This document shows, piece by piece, positions 50,016 through 60,276 of a stretch of 64,000 nucleotides of DNA. Under the pieces are notes generated by a model that was given only the letters and a program-made list of their open reading frames with translations, made no database searches and was not told the origin of the DNA. Each line of letters starts with the position of its first letter. Position 1 is the first letter of the stretch. The position numbers and the translations under genes were made by a program. The DNA comes from an uncultured Synergistales bacterium (lineage in GTDB: Bacteria > Synergistota > Synergistia > Synergistales > Aminobacteriaceae): positions 1-64,000 of the forward strand of contig CALCQG010000067.1 of assembly GCA_937897575.1 (NCBI GenBank), in the 5' to 3' direction.

Positions 50016-50915
50016 ATGGATACCAGCTATCTCGAAACATTCTTGCTCGTCTGTGAGAATAAAAGCTTCAGCAAGACCGCGGAACTGCAGAATCTCGTCC
50101 AGTCCACCGTTTCTTTTCGGATAATGAAGATAGAAGAAGAACTGGGGAGAAAAATTTTTGAAAGAAACAACAAGTACATATATCTGACAAAGGAAGGGGA
50201 GGTCCTGAAATCTTACGCTAAGCGTATCGTCGAACTGAACAATAAAGCGAAGCAGCAGATAAGTACACTGAACTTCTATGATCATACCCTGTCGATCGGA
50301 GGGATTGATTCCTTCCTTTCATATATGGTGCACCGGGTTTTACAGTCTTTTCTCAAGGACCATCCGAGAATTGCGGTCAAAATCATCTCCATGCATTCTC
50401 CAAATGTCTTGACAAACATCTACGAAGAAGTGATCGATTTAGGTTTTACGACACAACCCTCCACACTTACCACCGTTTCCACAAATGTCGTCTTTGAAAG
50501 CGAACTTGTCCTTGTAACAAATCCCAAGGGCAAGTACGGCAGTGTTTCGCAAATGAAGATCGATGAATTACCCTTCAAGAACATCATTAATCTCAACTAC
50601 TCCACTTCGTACGGCCTTGATAAAGACGAATCCGTAATACTGCGCCAAATGCATCACAACGAAAGAGTAAGCATCGACACCTACCTGCTGTTAATCTCCT
50701 TCTTGTTGGAGGAAACGGACTCCTTGGCCCTGATCCCTGAATTTCTGGTGCGCGATCATATCAGAAATGGCGCGTTGAAAGGAATTACAATCGACGGGAA
50801 CGGAGAAGATAAATTATTATGGAAAGTGTACTCTATTTATCTGAAGGCCAACAAAAGAAAAAATATTATTGATACGTGGCACGCCTACATGCGGAACAAT
50901 CTCAAAGACTCGTAA
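50016..50915 (+). CDS. LysR-family transcriptional regulator
   Basis: SFSKTAELQNLVQSTVSFRIMKIEEELG; divergent from the PLP-enzyme operon. Confidence 0.92.
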   Translation: MDTSYLETFLLVCENKSFSKTAELQNLVQSTVSFRIMKIEEELGRKIFERNNKYIYLTKEGEVLKSYAKRIVELNNKAKQQISTLNFYDHTLSIGGIDSFLSYMVHRVLQSFLKDHPRIAVKIISMHSPNVLTNIYEEVIDLGFTTQPSTLTTVSTNVVFESELVLVTNPKGKYGSVSQMKIDELPFKNIINLNYSTSYGLDKDESVILRQMHHNERVSIDTYLLLISFLLEETDSLALIPEFLVRDHIRNGALKGITIDGNGEDKLLWKVYSIYLKANKRKNIIDTWHAYMRNNLKDS

Positions 50916-51121
50916 TCTGTTAACAACGTCACCATGGTAGTCGTATTGTTTCGGTTTTCATCAGAATCAAGTTTTTTCTTCCGGATACATGTGCGCTATG
51001 TTTTTGGAACACCTGTCGCCGGAGAAAAAATCGCCCTTCTCTCTTTCACAACCTTGTGATACATAGAAAGAGAATCCGAACGCTGTTTTTGCTTCATATA
51101 CAGGGAGGAGGAGACAGCCCC

Positions 51122-51838
51122 ATGCTTGTTCTGGGACACAGGGGAGCCTCGGGGTACGCCCCGGAGAATACCATCGCCGCCTTCGAGCTGGGCATCCGGC
51201 AGGGGTGCCACGGGTTCGAGTTCGACGTCCAGCTCAGCCGCGACGGGGAGCCCGTGGTCCACCACGACTGGTCTGTGGAGCGGACCACCGGTGGCACGGG
51301 GGACATCCGCGACCTGACCTTTCGGGAGCTCCGGCGCCTGGACGCGGGACGGTGGTTCGCCCCGGAGTTCCAGGGGGAGAGGATCCCCTCTCTCGCGGAG
51401 GTTTTGGAGCACATCCCCAGCGGGATACTCCTGAACGTGGAGCTTAAAAGCCGGGCCTCCGACGGGCCGGGGCTCGAGGAGAGGACCATAGCCGTCCTGC
51501 GGAGCCACGGGCGGCTCGAGGAGGCCATCCTCTCCTCCTTCAATCACCGCTCGCTGAAGCGCGTCCGGGAGATCGCCCCCGACGCCCGCCTCGGGATGCT
51601 CTACGAGGCGCTGCTCCTACACCCCTTCGACTACATCGAGGGGCTGGGATTGGACCTCTCCAGCATCCACCCCCTGCACGATTACGTCGATGTCGGTCTT
51701 GTCACGGAGGCTCACGACCGGGGGCTGAAGGTGGCGTGCTGGACGGTGAACACGACGGAACGGACCGGGGAGCTGCTGCAATGGGGCGTGGACATGGTCA
51801 TCACCAACTACCCCGACAGGTGCCTGGGAGCGATGTGA
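51122..51838 (+). CDS. Glycerophosphodiester phosphodiesterase
   Basis: GHRGASGYAPENT, EFDVQLS, HHD, NVELK, WTVN, ITNYP. Confidence 0.93.
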   Translation: MLVLGHRGASGYAPENTIAAFELGIRQGCHGFEFDVQLSRDGEPVVHHDWSVERTTGGTGDIRDLTFRELRRLDAGRWFAPEFQGERIPSLAEVLEHIPSGILLNVELKSRASDGPGLEERTIAVLRSHGRLEEAILSSFNHRSLKRVREIAPDARLGMLYEALLLHPFDYIEGLGLDLSSIHPLHDYVDVGLVTEAHDRGLKVACWTVNTTERTGELLQWGVDMVITNYPDRCLGAM

Positions 51839-51848
51839 CGGCTCGGGG

Positions 51849-52721
51849 TCAGTTCGAAGGGGACTCGCTCTCTTTTTTCTTTCCCAGATACAGGTTCGCC
51901 ACGGCGAAGATGGACGTGCCGGCGATGAGGAGGAAGGAGATGGCGTTGATCACCGGCGTGGACCCGTCGCGGACCTGCATGTACATGTTGATGGGCAGGG
52001 TCGCCTGGGACCCGACGGTGAAGATGGTGGTGTTGAAGTTCTCGAAGGACATGAGGAACGCCACCGCCGCGCCCCCCAGGATGGACGGACGAAGGTAGGG
52101 CAGCGTCACGTACCGGAGGACCTCCGCTCTGTTGGCTCCCAGGTTGTAGGCGGCCTCCTCCAGGGAGCGGTCGAACTTCTTCAGCCGGGCGGAGACCACC
52201 AGCGCCACAATGGTGGAAATGAAGGACGACTGCCCCAGGACCACGAGCCAGAACCCCGGAACGAGGGATTTCGCGTAGATCCCCGTGAGCTTTTCGATGA
52301 AAATCCCCACCGTGTTGGCGAACATGAGGATGGAGATGCCGAGGATGACCCCCGGGATGACCAGCGGCGCGATCATGAGGAAATAGAGCGCCCTCTTGAA
52401 CCGGAAGTCCTCCTGCTCAAAGAGGAACGCCGCACAGGTCCCCAGGAAGGTGGAGACGGCGGTCACCGCTCCTGCGACCCGAAACGAGAAGGCGATGCTC
52501 CGCAGGTTCGTCTGGTCGTTGAAGATCCCGAACTTCTGAGGGCCGTCGCCGAAGAACCAGTCGAGGGTGAACCCCTCCCAGGGCAGGGACGGGTACATGG
52601 AGTCGTTGAAGGCGAGGACCATGGTCACCACCAGGGGTGCGAAGAGAAGGACGAAATAGGCGGCGATGAAGAGGTCGAAGCCCCACCGGTACCCCTTGGA
52701 CGAGGGGAGAGAGCGGATCAT
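51849..52721 (-). CDS. potC: Spermidine/putrescine ABC permease PotC-like
   Basis: WEGFTLDWF, SLEEAAYNLGA, TPVINAIS. Confidence 0.85.
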   Translation of the reverse strand: MIRSLPSSKGYRWGFDLFIAAYFVLLFAPLVVTMVLAFNDSMYPSLPWEGFTLDWFFGDGPQKFGIFNDQTNLRSIAFSFRVAGAVTAVSTFLGTCAAFLFEQEDFRFKRALYFLMIAPLVIPGVILGISILMFANTVGIFIEKLTGIYAKSLVPGFWLVVLGQSSFISTIVALVVSARLKKFDRSLEEAAYNLGANRAEVLRYVTLPYLRPSILGGAAVAFLMSFENFNTTIFTVGSQATLPINMYMQVRDGSTPVINAISFLLIAGTSIFAVANLYLGKKKESESPSN

Positions 52722-53572
52722 TTCACCACCTCGCCCAGGTTCTGCCCCGTTATCCTCAGCGCGATCCAGATGATCAGGGACGAGAGCAGGAGCAGCAGAA
52801 AGCCGAAGGCCGCCCCCTGGTTCCAGTTGAAGTAGAGGATGATCTGGTTGTAGATCTGCTCGGTGAACCACAGGGAGTTCTTGCCCCCCATGAGGTTCGG
52901 CGTCAGGTAGCTACCCAGGGCCAGCATGAAGACGATGATCCCCCCGGAGACCATCCCCGGCATGCAGTGCGGGATGATGATGGTCCGCCATATGGCGGTC
53001 TTCGAGGCCCCGAGATCGTAGGCAGCCTCGATGAGGGCGTCGTCGAGGGCGTCCATGACCCCGACGATGGGGACCACCATGAACAGCATGCTCGTGTACA
53101 CCAGCCCCAGGATCATGGCGACGTCGTTGTACAGCAGCTCCACGGGTTGGCTGAAGAGCCCCAGGGCGGTGAACAGGCGGTTGATCACGCCGCTCTCCCG
53201 AAGCAGGATGATCCACCCGTACACCCGTATGAGCTCGCTGACCCAGAAGGGCACGAGGATGAGGGCCATGAGGAGCCCTCCGGCGCGGACGCGGGCCACC
53301 TTCGTGATGTAGAACGCCACAGGCAGGGCGATGGCCATCACGAGGAACGTGACCAGGATGGAGTACAGGGCCGTCCGGACGAAGGTCAGCCAGTAAATCG
53401 GCTCGCTGAAAAAGGCCATGTAGTTGCCGAGGGTGAAGCCTCCCGGGCGGGAGGACGTGAAGGAGAGACGCAGGAGCTCCAGATGGGGCAGCACGATCAG
53501 GAGGAGAAGCCAGAGGGCCACCGGGAGGAAGAAGAACAGGAAGCCGAGATGAAGCCGCCCTCTACCGCCCAT
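52718..53572 (-). CDS. potB: Spermidine/putrescine ABC permease PotB-like
   Basis: LILVPFWVSELIRVYGW, LIEAAYDLGA, NWNQGAA. Confidence 0.85.
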   Translation of the reverse strand: MGGRGRLHLGFLFFFLPVALWLLLLIVLPHLELLRLSFTSSRPGGFTLGNYMAFFSEPIYWLTFVRTALYSILVTFLVMAIALPVAFYITKVARVRAGGLLMALILVPFWVSELIRVYGWIILLRESGVINRLFTALGLFSQPVELLYNDVAMILGLVYTSMLFMVVPIVGVMDALDDALIEAAYDLGASKTAIWRTIIIPHCMPGMVSGGIIVFMLALGSYLTPNLMGGKNSLWFTEQIYNQIILYFNWNQGAAFGFLLLLLSSLIIWIALRITGQNLGEVVK

Positions 53573-54674
53573 CGCACAGCACCCCGCCGTTCCCGGCAAA
53601 ACAGAGGGAGAGGTCCGGGTTCCACCCGACGGTGATCCGGTCGCCCGCTCGGATGTGGTCGTAGAGCCCCGTCTGGGGGAGCATCACGACGATCTCGTCG
53701 TCCGTCCCCTCGGGGGTCACCAACAGCCGGCTGTTCCCACCATCGAACAGGACGGCCCGAACCTGCACGGCCATCCTGTTGAACCGTTCTGCGCCGCCCT
53801 CCGGCTCGATCACCATGGCCTCTGGGCGGACGAACAGCTCGCAGGGGTCGCCCTCGCCGAGGTCGCACCCGGCGGCGTCGAGCAGGAAGTCGAATCGCCC
53901 GGCGTACCGTCCGCGGACAAGCCCCTTTTCGTCCCTGGCCGGGGTGACGGAGAACCTGTTGTTGTTCCCCACGAACTGCGCCACAAAGGAGGACCGGGGC
54001 CGATGGTACAGCTCCTGGGGGCTCCCCGTCTGCTCGAAGGCCCCCCTGTTCATCACCGCCACAGTGTCGCTCATCACCATGGCCTCGGACTGGTCGTGGG
54101 TGATATAGACGAAGGTGGTCCCCACATTGGCCTGCAGCGTCTTCAGCTCCACCTTCATATGCTCCCGGAGCTTGGCGTCCAGCGCGCCGAGGGGCTCGTC
54201 CAGCAGCAGCACCGCCGGATCGAGCACCAGACACCGGGCGATGGCGATACGCTGCTTCTGTCCGCCGGAAAGCTGGCCGATCCGCTTCTTTCCAGCGTCG
54301 GGAAGCCCCACCCGTCCGAGCATGTCGTGCACCTTCCGGGTGACGGCCGCGTCCTTCTCCCCTCTTCGCCGGAGTCCAAAGGCCACGTTTTCGAACACGT
54401 CCATCATGGGGAAAAGGGCCAGATTCTGGAAGACGAGGTTGACGGGCCGCCTGTTCGGAGGGACGGCGCTCATGTCCTCGCCGTTGAACAGGATGGTCCC
54501 CTCGTCCTGACGGATGAATCCGGCGATCATGCGAAGGAGGGTCGTCTTGCCGCACCCCGACGGCCCGAGGATGGAGAAGAATTTTCCGTCCTCCACGTCG
54601 AAGGAGACATCGTCCACTGCGGTGAAGCTCCCGAATCTTTTCGTGAGGCCACGAACGGACAGAGCGAAGGACAT
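53562..54674 (-). CDS. potA: Spermidine/putrescine ABC ATPase PotA-like
   Basis: GPSGCGKTT, LSGGQKQR, LLDEPLGALD, THDQ; TOBE-like tail. Confidence 0.88.
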   Translation of the reverse strand: MSFALSVRGLTKRFGSFTAVDDVSFDVEDGKFFSILGPSGCGKTTLLRMIAGFIRQDEGTILFNGEDMSAVPPNRRPVNLVFQNLALFPMMDVFENVAFGLRRRGEKDAAVTRKVHDMLGRVGLPDAGKKRIGQLSGGQKQRIAIARCLVLDPAVLLLDEPLGALDAKLREHMKVELKTLQANVGTTFVYITHDQSEAMVMSDTVAVMNRGAFEQTGSPQELYHRPRSSFVAQFVGNNNRFSVTPARDEKGLVRGRYAGRFDFLLDAAGCDLGEGDPCELFVRPEAMVIEPEGGAERFNRMAVQVRAVLFDGGNSRLLVTPEGTDDEIVVMLPQTGLYDHIRAGDRITVGWNPDLSLCFAGNGGVLCDGR

Positions 54675-54751
54675 GAAGAGGTCACCCCAATCACGGAACC
54701 GCCGACAGCCCTCCGAGGGCTGCCGGCGGCGTGCGTACTCGTACGGCGATT

Positions 54752-55825
54752 CTACCTTGCGGCCTTCACCTTATCAAGCGTCCGGCCCTCCATCTCCTCG
54801 ATTCCCGCGGGAACCGTCGGGTACCAGTTGATCTTCGCCAGGACCTCCGGCGGAAGCCCTCTGGTGAAGTTGGCCTTGATCTCCGGATCGAGGAAGTTCA
54901 CGGCGTCCTTCGAGGCTGTGCCGTAGGTTTCCCTGTTGGTGAAGAACGCGGCGTTCTCGGGGCGGAGCATGAAGTTGATGTAGGCGTAGGCTCCCTCGAG
55001 ATTCTCGGAACGGGCGGGGATGGCGAAGGTGTCCACCCACGCCAACGCGCCGCTCGCGGGGGCGATGTAGTCGATGTCCGGGTTCTCTCCGTGGAGCTTC
55101 CACCCAGCCTGCTCCCACGCGGAGGCCGCCCAGACCTCGCCGGAGCGAAGCAGCTGGAGCAGCTGATCCCCGTTGTCCCAGTACGTCTTCACCGAGGGCT
55201 TCCCGGCGATGAGAACCTTCTCCATCTCATCGAGGAACTTCTGGTACTCCTCGGGCTTGCCGTAGAGGGAGAAGGGGTCGTAGCCCAGCGAGAAGCCCAT
55301 GCCGATGAGCGTGGGCCTCTTCATGCGGTAGGACACCCTGCCGGCGTACTTCGGGTCGAGGAGGTCCTTGAAATCCTTCACGTCGGGCGCCTTTGCTTTG
55401 TTGATCACGAGCCCCTCCGTGCCATAGATATGGGGAACGGCGTAGGATTTCCCGTCCACCAGGGTGTTCTTCTTCACGGCGGCCAGGAGGGACGGATCGA
55501 TCTGGTCCTCGTTGATGCGGGCATAGTCTATGGGCTGGTAGATCCCGTACTGCTCCACTACCGAAGAGATCCTGTCCTGGGAGGGTTGGGCGAGGTCAAA
55601 TCCGCCGCCCCGCGTAGCGCGAAGCTTGCTGATCATCTCCTCGTTGTTGCTCAGAGTGATCTCCACCTTGTACCCCGTCTCCGCGGTGAACTTGTCCAGA
55701 AGCTCCTGGGGTGCGTACCCCGACCACGTGATCACGCGAAGCACCGGATTCGCCGGGGCGGCGCACGCAACAGAGGCCACGGTCAGCACGGCTATAACAA
55801 ACAGCACGAACACAGAACGTTTCAT
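54752..55825 (-). CDS. potD: Polyamine ABC substrate-binding protein PotD-like
   Basis: Signal peptide; TWSGY, SNNEEMISKL, WVDTFAIP, INFML. Confidence 0.82.
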   Translation of the reverse strand: MKRSVFVLFVIAVLTVASVACAAPANPVLRVITWSGYAPQELLDKFTAETGYKVEITLSNNEEMISKLRATRGGGFDLAQPSQDRISSVVEQYGIYQPIDYARINEDQIDPSLLAAVKKNTLVDGKSYAVPHIYGTEGLVINKAKAPDVKDFKDLLDPKYAGRVSYRMKRPTLIGMGFSLGYDPFSLYGKPEEYQKFLDEMEKVLIAGKPSVKTYWDNGDQLLQLLRSGEVWAASAWEQAGWKLHGENPDIDYIAPASGALAWVDTFAIPARSENLEGAYAYINFMLRPENAAFFTNRETYGTASKDAVNFLDPEIKANFTRGLPPEVLAKINWYPTVPAGIEEMEGRTLDKVKAAR

Positions 55826-55917
55826 TCACTATCCCTCCTGAGGATTCCGATAATGAACTGCTTTCCCGTCGTTTCGCCCATGAGCTTTTCCTGTGATTTC
55901 TGCAACCGGCACCTTCG

Positions 55918-55946
55918 ATTCTAGTCTCAACAGGTGCTATGGTCAA
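55918..55946 (-). promoter_or_regulatory. Putative sigma70 promoter of the pot operon
   Basis: Minus strand TTGACC, 17 bp, TAGAAT. Confidence 0.55.
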
Positions 55947-56302
55947 CAAAACAACGGGTGAGGACGGAAAGTGTTACGGAGCGGAAACAGTGCGCCGAAA
56001 AAGAACCGCACGGACCGCTGCGCTGCTTTGAAATTACCGTGCAGAAGCACGTCTCTGCGGGCTGGGCCGCACAGAACAACCCCTCGTCATTCCAGACGCC
56101 TAAGGACTGGAAAATCACTCTCGACCTTAATACAGGCCCTTCGCCATCGAAAAACCTCCTCGTTCGGCTCAGCTCTCTATCCTCTGCCACGCTGCCCCCG
56201 AAGGGGACCTCCCTTGCACGGGCGTGCGGGTTTGGCCTCTGGGACCGAGGGATGGACTTCATCACCTGTCTCCCCGCACTCCATTCGACGGTTTCGGAGC
56301 CC

Positions 56303-56854
56303 CTAGCGCACCCCTCCCCATCGTTCGTACATGACGATCTCTTCCAACCTCTTCCGAGGGCGTGCCGCTGGAGCCTCGGCGGGGTACCCCAGCGGGAGGA
56401 TGGCCACCACGAACTTGTCGGCGGGGATCCCGAGGATGGAACGGACGTCCTCCTGGTCGAACCACCCCACCCAGCAGGTGGCGAGCCCCATGGCCTCCGC
56501 CTCGAGCACTACGTGCTCCACGGCGATGGCCGTGTCGCGGATCACCTGCTTGAGCCCGAAGTGGGGGCTCGTCTCGTTCACCGCGAGGTCCGGGCCGTCC
56601 TTGATCCGACACCGCACATCTCCCACGCAGACGATGAACACAGGAGCCCCCTCCATCCACGTCTGCCCGTGAGAGACCTTCGCCAGGGCTTTCTTCGTCT
56701 CGCCGGACCGCACCACGATGAACCGCCACGGTTGGGTGTTATGCCCCGACGGGGCCAACCGGGCGCTCTCCATCAGCTGAAGAATCGCTTCGTCCTCCAC
56801 ATCCCGGGTCGTGAACTTCCGAACACTTCGCCTCTTCGCCATCGTTTCGAGCAT
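56303..56854 (-). CDS. Nitroreductase family protein
   Basis: KRRSVRKF, APSGHNTQPWRF, GLATCW, LPLGYP. Confidence 0.93.
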   Translation of the reverse strand: MLETMAKRRSVRKFTTRDVEDEAILQLMESARLAPSGHNTQPWRFIVVRSGETKKALAKVSHGQTWMEGAPVFIVCVGDVRCRIKDGPDLAVNETSPHFGLKQVIRDTAIAVEHVVLEAEAMGLATCWVGWFDQEDVRSILGIPADKFVVAILPLGYPAEAPAARPRKRLEEIVMYERWGGVR

Positions 56855-57032
56855 GAAACCATGCCTCCCATTCTCATCGTGAAAGGATAGAACGTATTCT
56901 CTCACATCGTCGCCCTTTCCCGGTGAGTCCGGAGGGAGGGGCGCATATCGTTTCCACTCGGAATTTGCTCGCCGGCGCTTGAATAGTATAGAATAGATGC
57001 ACGATCCAAATATTCTGGAGGGAGGGGGAAAT

Positions 57033-58556
57033 ATGTGTTCTCAACGAGCACGGCGCGCGGGTCTTGTCGGTCTGCTTTTTATGATGACGGTCTGTTTTCC
57101 TGTAACAGCGGCCGCTCAAGTGGATGTCTCCTCGGCGAAGAATCAGATATATGCCTTTCTCGACGGAAATTCGGGCGATTTCATCTCCACGGCGGATGCG
57201 ATCTGGTCCTATGCAGAGCTCGGCTTTCAGGAGTTCAAATCAGCGGAGGCTCTGAAAAAGTTGCTGGAAAAACACGGCTTTGCTGTCGAAACGGGCGTCG
57301 CGGGCATGCCGACCGCCATGGTGGCCACATGGGGAGAGGGTACACCTGTCATAGGGTTCACGGGTGAATACGACGCCCTTCCGGGGCTGTCGCAAAAGAC
57401 CGTCGCTCACAAGGACCCTGTGGTCTCCGGCGCCCCCGGGCACGGATGCGGCCATAACCTCCTCGGCACCACCGGCGCAGCGGCGGCTATCGCATTGAAA
57501 CACGTCATGGAGGCCAATAAAATTCCGGGCACCCTGAAGTTCTTCGGGTGTCCCGCCGAAGAATCCGGAAGCGCGAAGATCTTTCTGGCCCGGGACGGCA
57601 TATTCAACGGCACCGACGTCATCCTGGACAACCACCCCGGTGACAATTTCGAGTCCGAGAGCGGAGCCCATACCAGCGCCCTCAAACTGCTGAACATCAC
57701 CTTCACCGGGAAAGCGGCGCACGCGGGGTCCGCCCCCTGGGATGGCAAGAGCGCCGCAGACGCCGCGGCTATCATGGGGGTGGCCATAGAGCACCTGAGA
57801 GAACACCTCTACTTTACCCACAGGATTCACTACATCGTGCAGCAGGGCGGAGCGTGGCCGAATATCGTCCCCGACAAAGTGGTCGTCATAGCCTACGTGC
57901 GTGACAGCGACGAAAGGCTCCCCGACACCTACGAGAAGGTCTTGAACTGCATTAAGGCCGGTGCATTGGCTTCGGGATGCGAATACAACGTAGAAGTGGT
58001 TAAGGCATATCACCAAAAACACTCGAACGACGCCCTGGCGAAGCTGATATTCGAGAACATGAAGCAGGTCGGCCTCCCCGAGTGGACCGAGGAGGAGCAG
58101 GCCTTCGCCAAGGAGATGCAGAAAAACTTTGAGAAAAAGGAGACCGGCCTTCCGGACGAGTTCACTTTTACGCCACCGCCGGCCGTCTTTACGGGGGGCG
58201 GGTCCACGGACGTGGGCGAAATCAGTCTCATCGTTCCAGTCGCGACGGTGAACACACCGTGCCGTGCGAAGGGAATTGCTGGACACTCGTGGGGCGTCGT
58301 GGCCTCCGGCGGCATGAGCATAGGACATAAAGGAATGATCGTGGGCGCAAAAACCCTCGCTGCGACGGCCATCGATATCCTCGCCAGCCCCGAAACACTC
58401 GAGAAGATAAAGGCCGAGTTCGACGAGCTCACGCAGAAGACGCCATACATTCCCTATGTTCCGAAGGAAGTGGGCCCCAGCCTCGACCTTTTCGAGCAGG
58501 AGATGCCGAAATGGCGCCCCCTGATGGAGCCCTTCTACAAGGAGCAGAAACTGTAA
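57033..58556 (+). CDS. AbgB-like M20 amidohydrolase with predicted signal peptide
   Basis: AELGFQEF, EYDALPGL, HGCGHNLLG, GCPAEE, GSTDVG; N-terminal RARR + hydrophobic stretch + AAA-Q. Confidence 0.88.
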   Translation: MCSQRARRAGLVGLLFMMTVCFPVTAAAQVDVSSAKNQIYAFLDGNSGDFISTADAIWSYAELGFQEFKSAEALKKLLEKHGFAVETGVAGMPTAMVATWGEGTPVIGFTGEYDALPGLSQKTVAHKDPVVSGAPGHGCGHNLLGTTGAAAAIALKHVMEANKIPGTLKFFGCPAEESGSAKIFLARDGIFNGTDVILDNHPGDNFESESGAHTSALKLLNITFTGKAAHAGSAPWDGKSAADAAAIMGVAIEHLREHLYFTHRIHYIVQQGGAWPNIVPDKVVVIAYVRDSDERLPDTYEKVLNCIKAGALASGCEYNVEVVKAYHQKHSNDALAKLIFENMKQVGLPEWTEEEQAFAKEMQKNFEKKETGLPDEFTFTPPPAVFTGGGSTDVGEISLIVPVATVNTPCRAKGIAGHSWGVVASGGMSIGHKGMIVGAKTLAATAIDILASPETLEKIKAEFDELTQKTPYIPYVPKEVGPSLDLFEQEMPKWRPLMEPFYKEQKL

Positions 58557-58594
58557 GATCTCTTCTCGCACGCATTGCAGCGCACGAATGAACC

Positions 58595-58627
58595 AGGGAG
58601 GAGCGCCCCGACGGGGTGCTCCTCCCT
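58595..58627. terminator. Stem-loop after the amidohydrolase gene
   Basis: AGGGAGGAGCGCCCC / GGGGTGCTCCTCCCT. Confidence 0.6.
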
Positions 58628-58737
58628 ATCATTATCGTTTCAGTCCACCCGACACCGTTCCCTTTTGTCAAAGGGTACTGTACCATGGGAAGATACATCG
58701 GAGGTTCTCCGCAATCCACCACACCGGAGGTGGGACC

Positions 58738-59226
58738 ATGATCAGAGAGATACTGCTCCTCGGGGATCCAAGGCTCTACGAGACAAGCGCCCCCGTCACC
58801 CGGAGCGACGTTTCGGAACTTGCGCCCGTCGTCGAGGACCTGCACGATACCCTGCTGGAATTCCGGCGCAGATACGGCGCGGGGCGGGCCATCGCCGCAC
58901 CCCAGATCGGGGTTCGAAAGCGCCTGCTCTATATGTTCATCGACAAACCCACGGTCTTCGTCAACCCCGTGCTGACGCCCCTGGGAAAGGAGCAGTTCGA
59001 GGTCCTGGACGACTGCATGTCCTTCCCAAACCTCCTGGTGCGGGTGATGCGCCATAGACGATGCCGCATCGACTATCGGGATATGGACTGGGTGGAACAC
59101 TCCGTCGAGTTGGAGGGCGACCTGTCGGAACTGCTTCAGCACGAATACGACCACCTCAACGGCATCCTCGCCACCATGCGGGCCGTGGACAGCAGAGCCT
59201 TCGTCATGAAAAGGGCGTGCTCGTAA
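58738..59226 (+). CDS. def: Peptide deformylase family protein
   Basis: GRAIAAPQIG, DDCMS, QHEYDHLNG. Confidence 0.85.
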   Translation: MIREILLLGDPRLYETSAPVTRSDVSELAPVVEDLHDTLLEFRRRYGAGRAIAAPQIGVRKRLLYMFIDKPTVFVNPVLTPLGKEQFEVLDDCMSFPNLLVRVMRHRRCRIDYRDMDWVEHSVELEGDLSELLQHEYDHLNGILATMRAVDSRAFVMKRACS

Positions 59227-59260
59227 CCTCCGGCACTCCGGAGAGTCAGAGGAAAGTCCC

Positions 59261-59769
59261 TCAGCGATACCCCATCCAGAGTGCTGGCGCGATCAAACCC
59301 ATCAGCAGCATACCGGTCACCGCCATGAAGGCCAGAAGGAAGCGCCCAATGGCGGTGTCCCTCTCCTGCAGATAGATCTTCAGGCTGATGAGGCTCACAA
59401 GGCTCGCCACGGGCGTCCCGAGCCCGCCGATGTTCGTCCCGGCCACCAGGGCCGCCGCCTGGTTCGTAAAGCCCGAGAGCAGCACCGCCGCCGGGACGTT
59501 GCTGATGACCTGGCTCCCCCTGCCGAGACCAGGAACTCATACCCCTCGAGCATGTCCTCTAGCCAGAGACGGACCGCCGGGATCTGCTGCATGTTCCCCA
59601 CGAAGACGAAGAAGCAGGCGAAGGTTGCGATTAGACCGAAGTCCACCCTGAACAGCGTCCGGGACGACACCGCTCCGAGCAACACCACGACACCTGCAAG
59701 AAGCCACGTCCAAGGAAAAAGCCGTACAACCACCGCCAGCAAGGAATAAAAAAGATGACAGCGATGCAT
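59261..59769 (-). pseudogene. 5'-truncated, frameshifted YbiR/ArsB-NhaD-type anion permease
   Basis: Frame 1 FRVDFGLIATFACFFVFVGN...VSAG continues in another frame as SQVISNVPAAVLLSGFT...GTNIGGLGTPVASL; the shift falls in the C-run at ~59516-59520; no N-terminal half. Confidence 0.75.
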
Positions 59770-60276
59770 ATATCTGTTCTGCTGTTACTCTATCTTGTTT
59801 GAGTGCTTGAGGTTTATTTCATGCAAAACAGAACTTCTGCACATTCAAAAGGAAGTTTGTATTTTTAGATTTCCATGCGAACCCATACGGCGGTCCTATT
59901 CAGATTCCCATATCAAAAACGAATACCCGGAATATGCCGTCATGAAAGAGGCAAAGATCGGAGTTTACGCGCCGTTCACAGGGAAACAGGTGCTCCTCAC
60001 TCGAAATTCGTCCCCGGAACCTTCCTGCTCATATCGTACCCGAGCTCGTAGTAGTGGTTGCCGTTGAAGTCAAAGGCCTTGAGCCGACTTTGCGCGTGTG
60101 AGCGTCTTCGGAGCAAGGGGAAAGGCAGTTGGAGTGCCCGGGGTTTGGGTGCTTCTCCAGTCCCAAGGAAGGACGCAGGCGAAAGAACCCTGCTTTTTTA
60201 AATGAAACCCTCTCGACGGAGGAAACCCAGCATTATTTTCGTTTGAAGCAACCATACGCCCTCTTTGATGTCTGTC

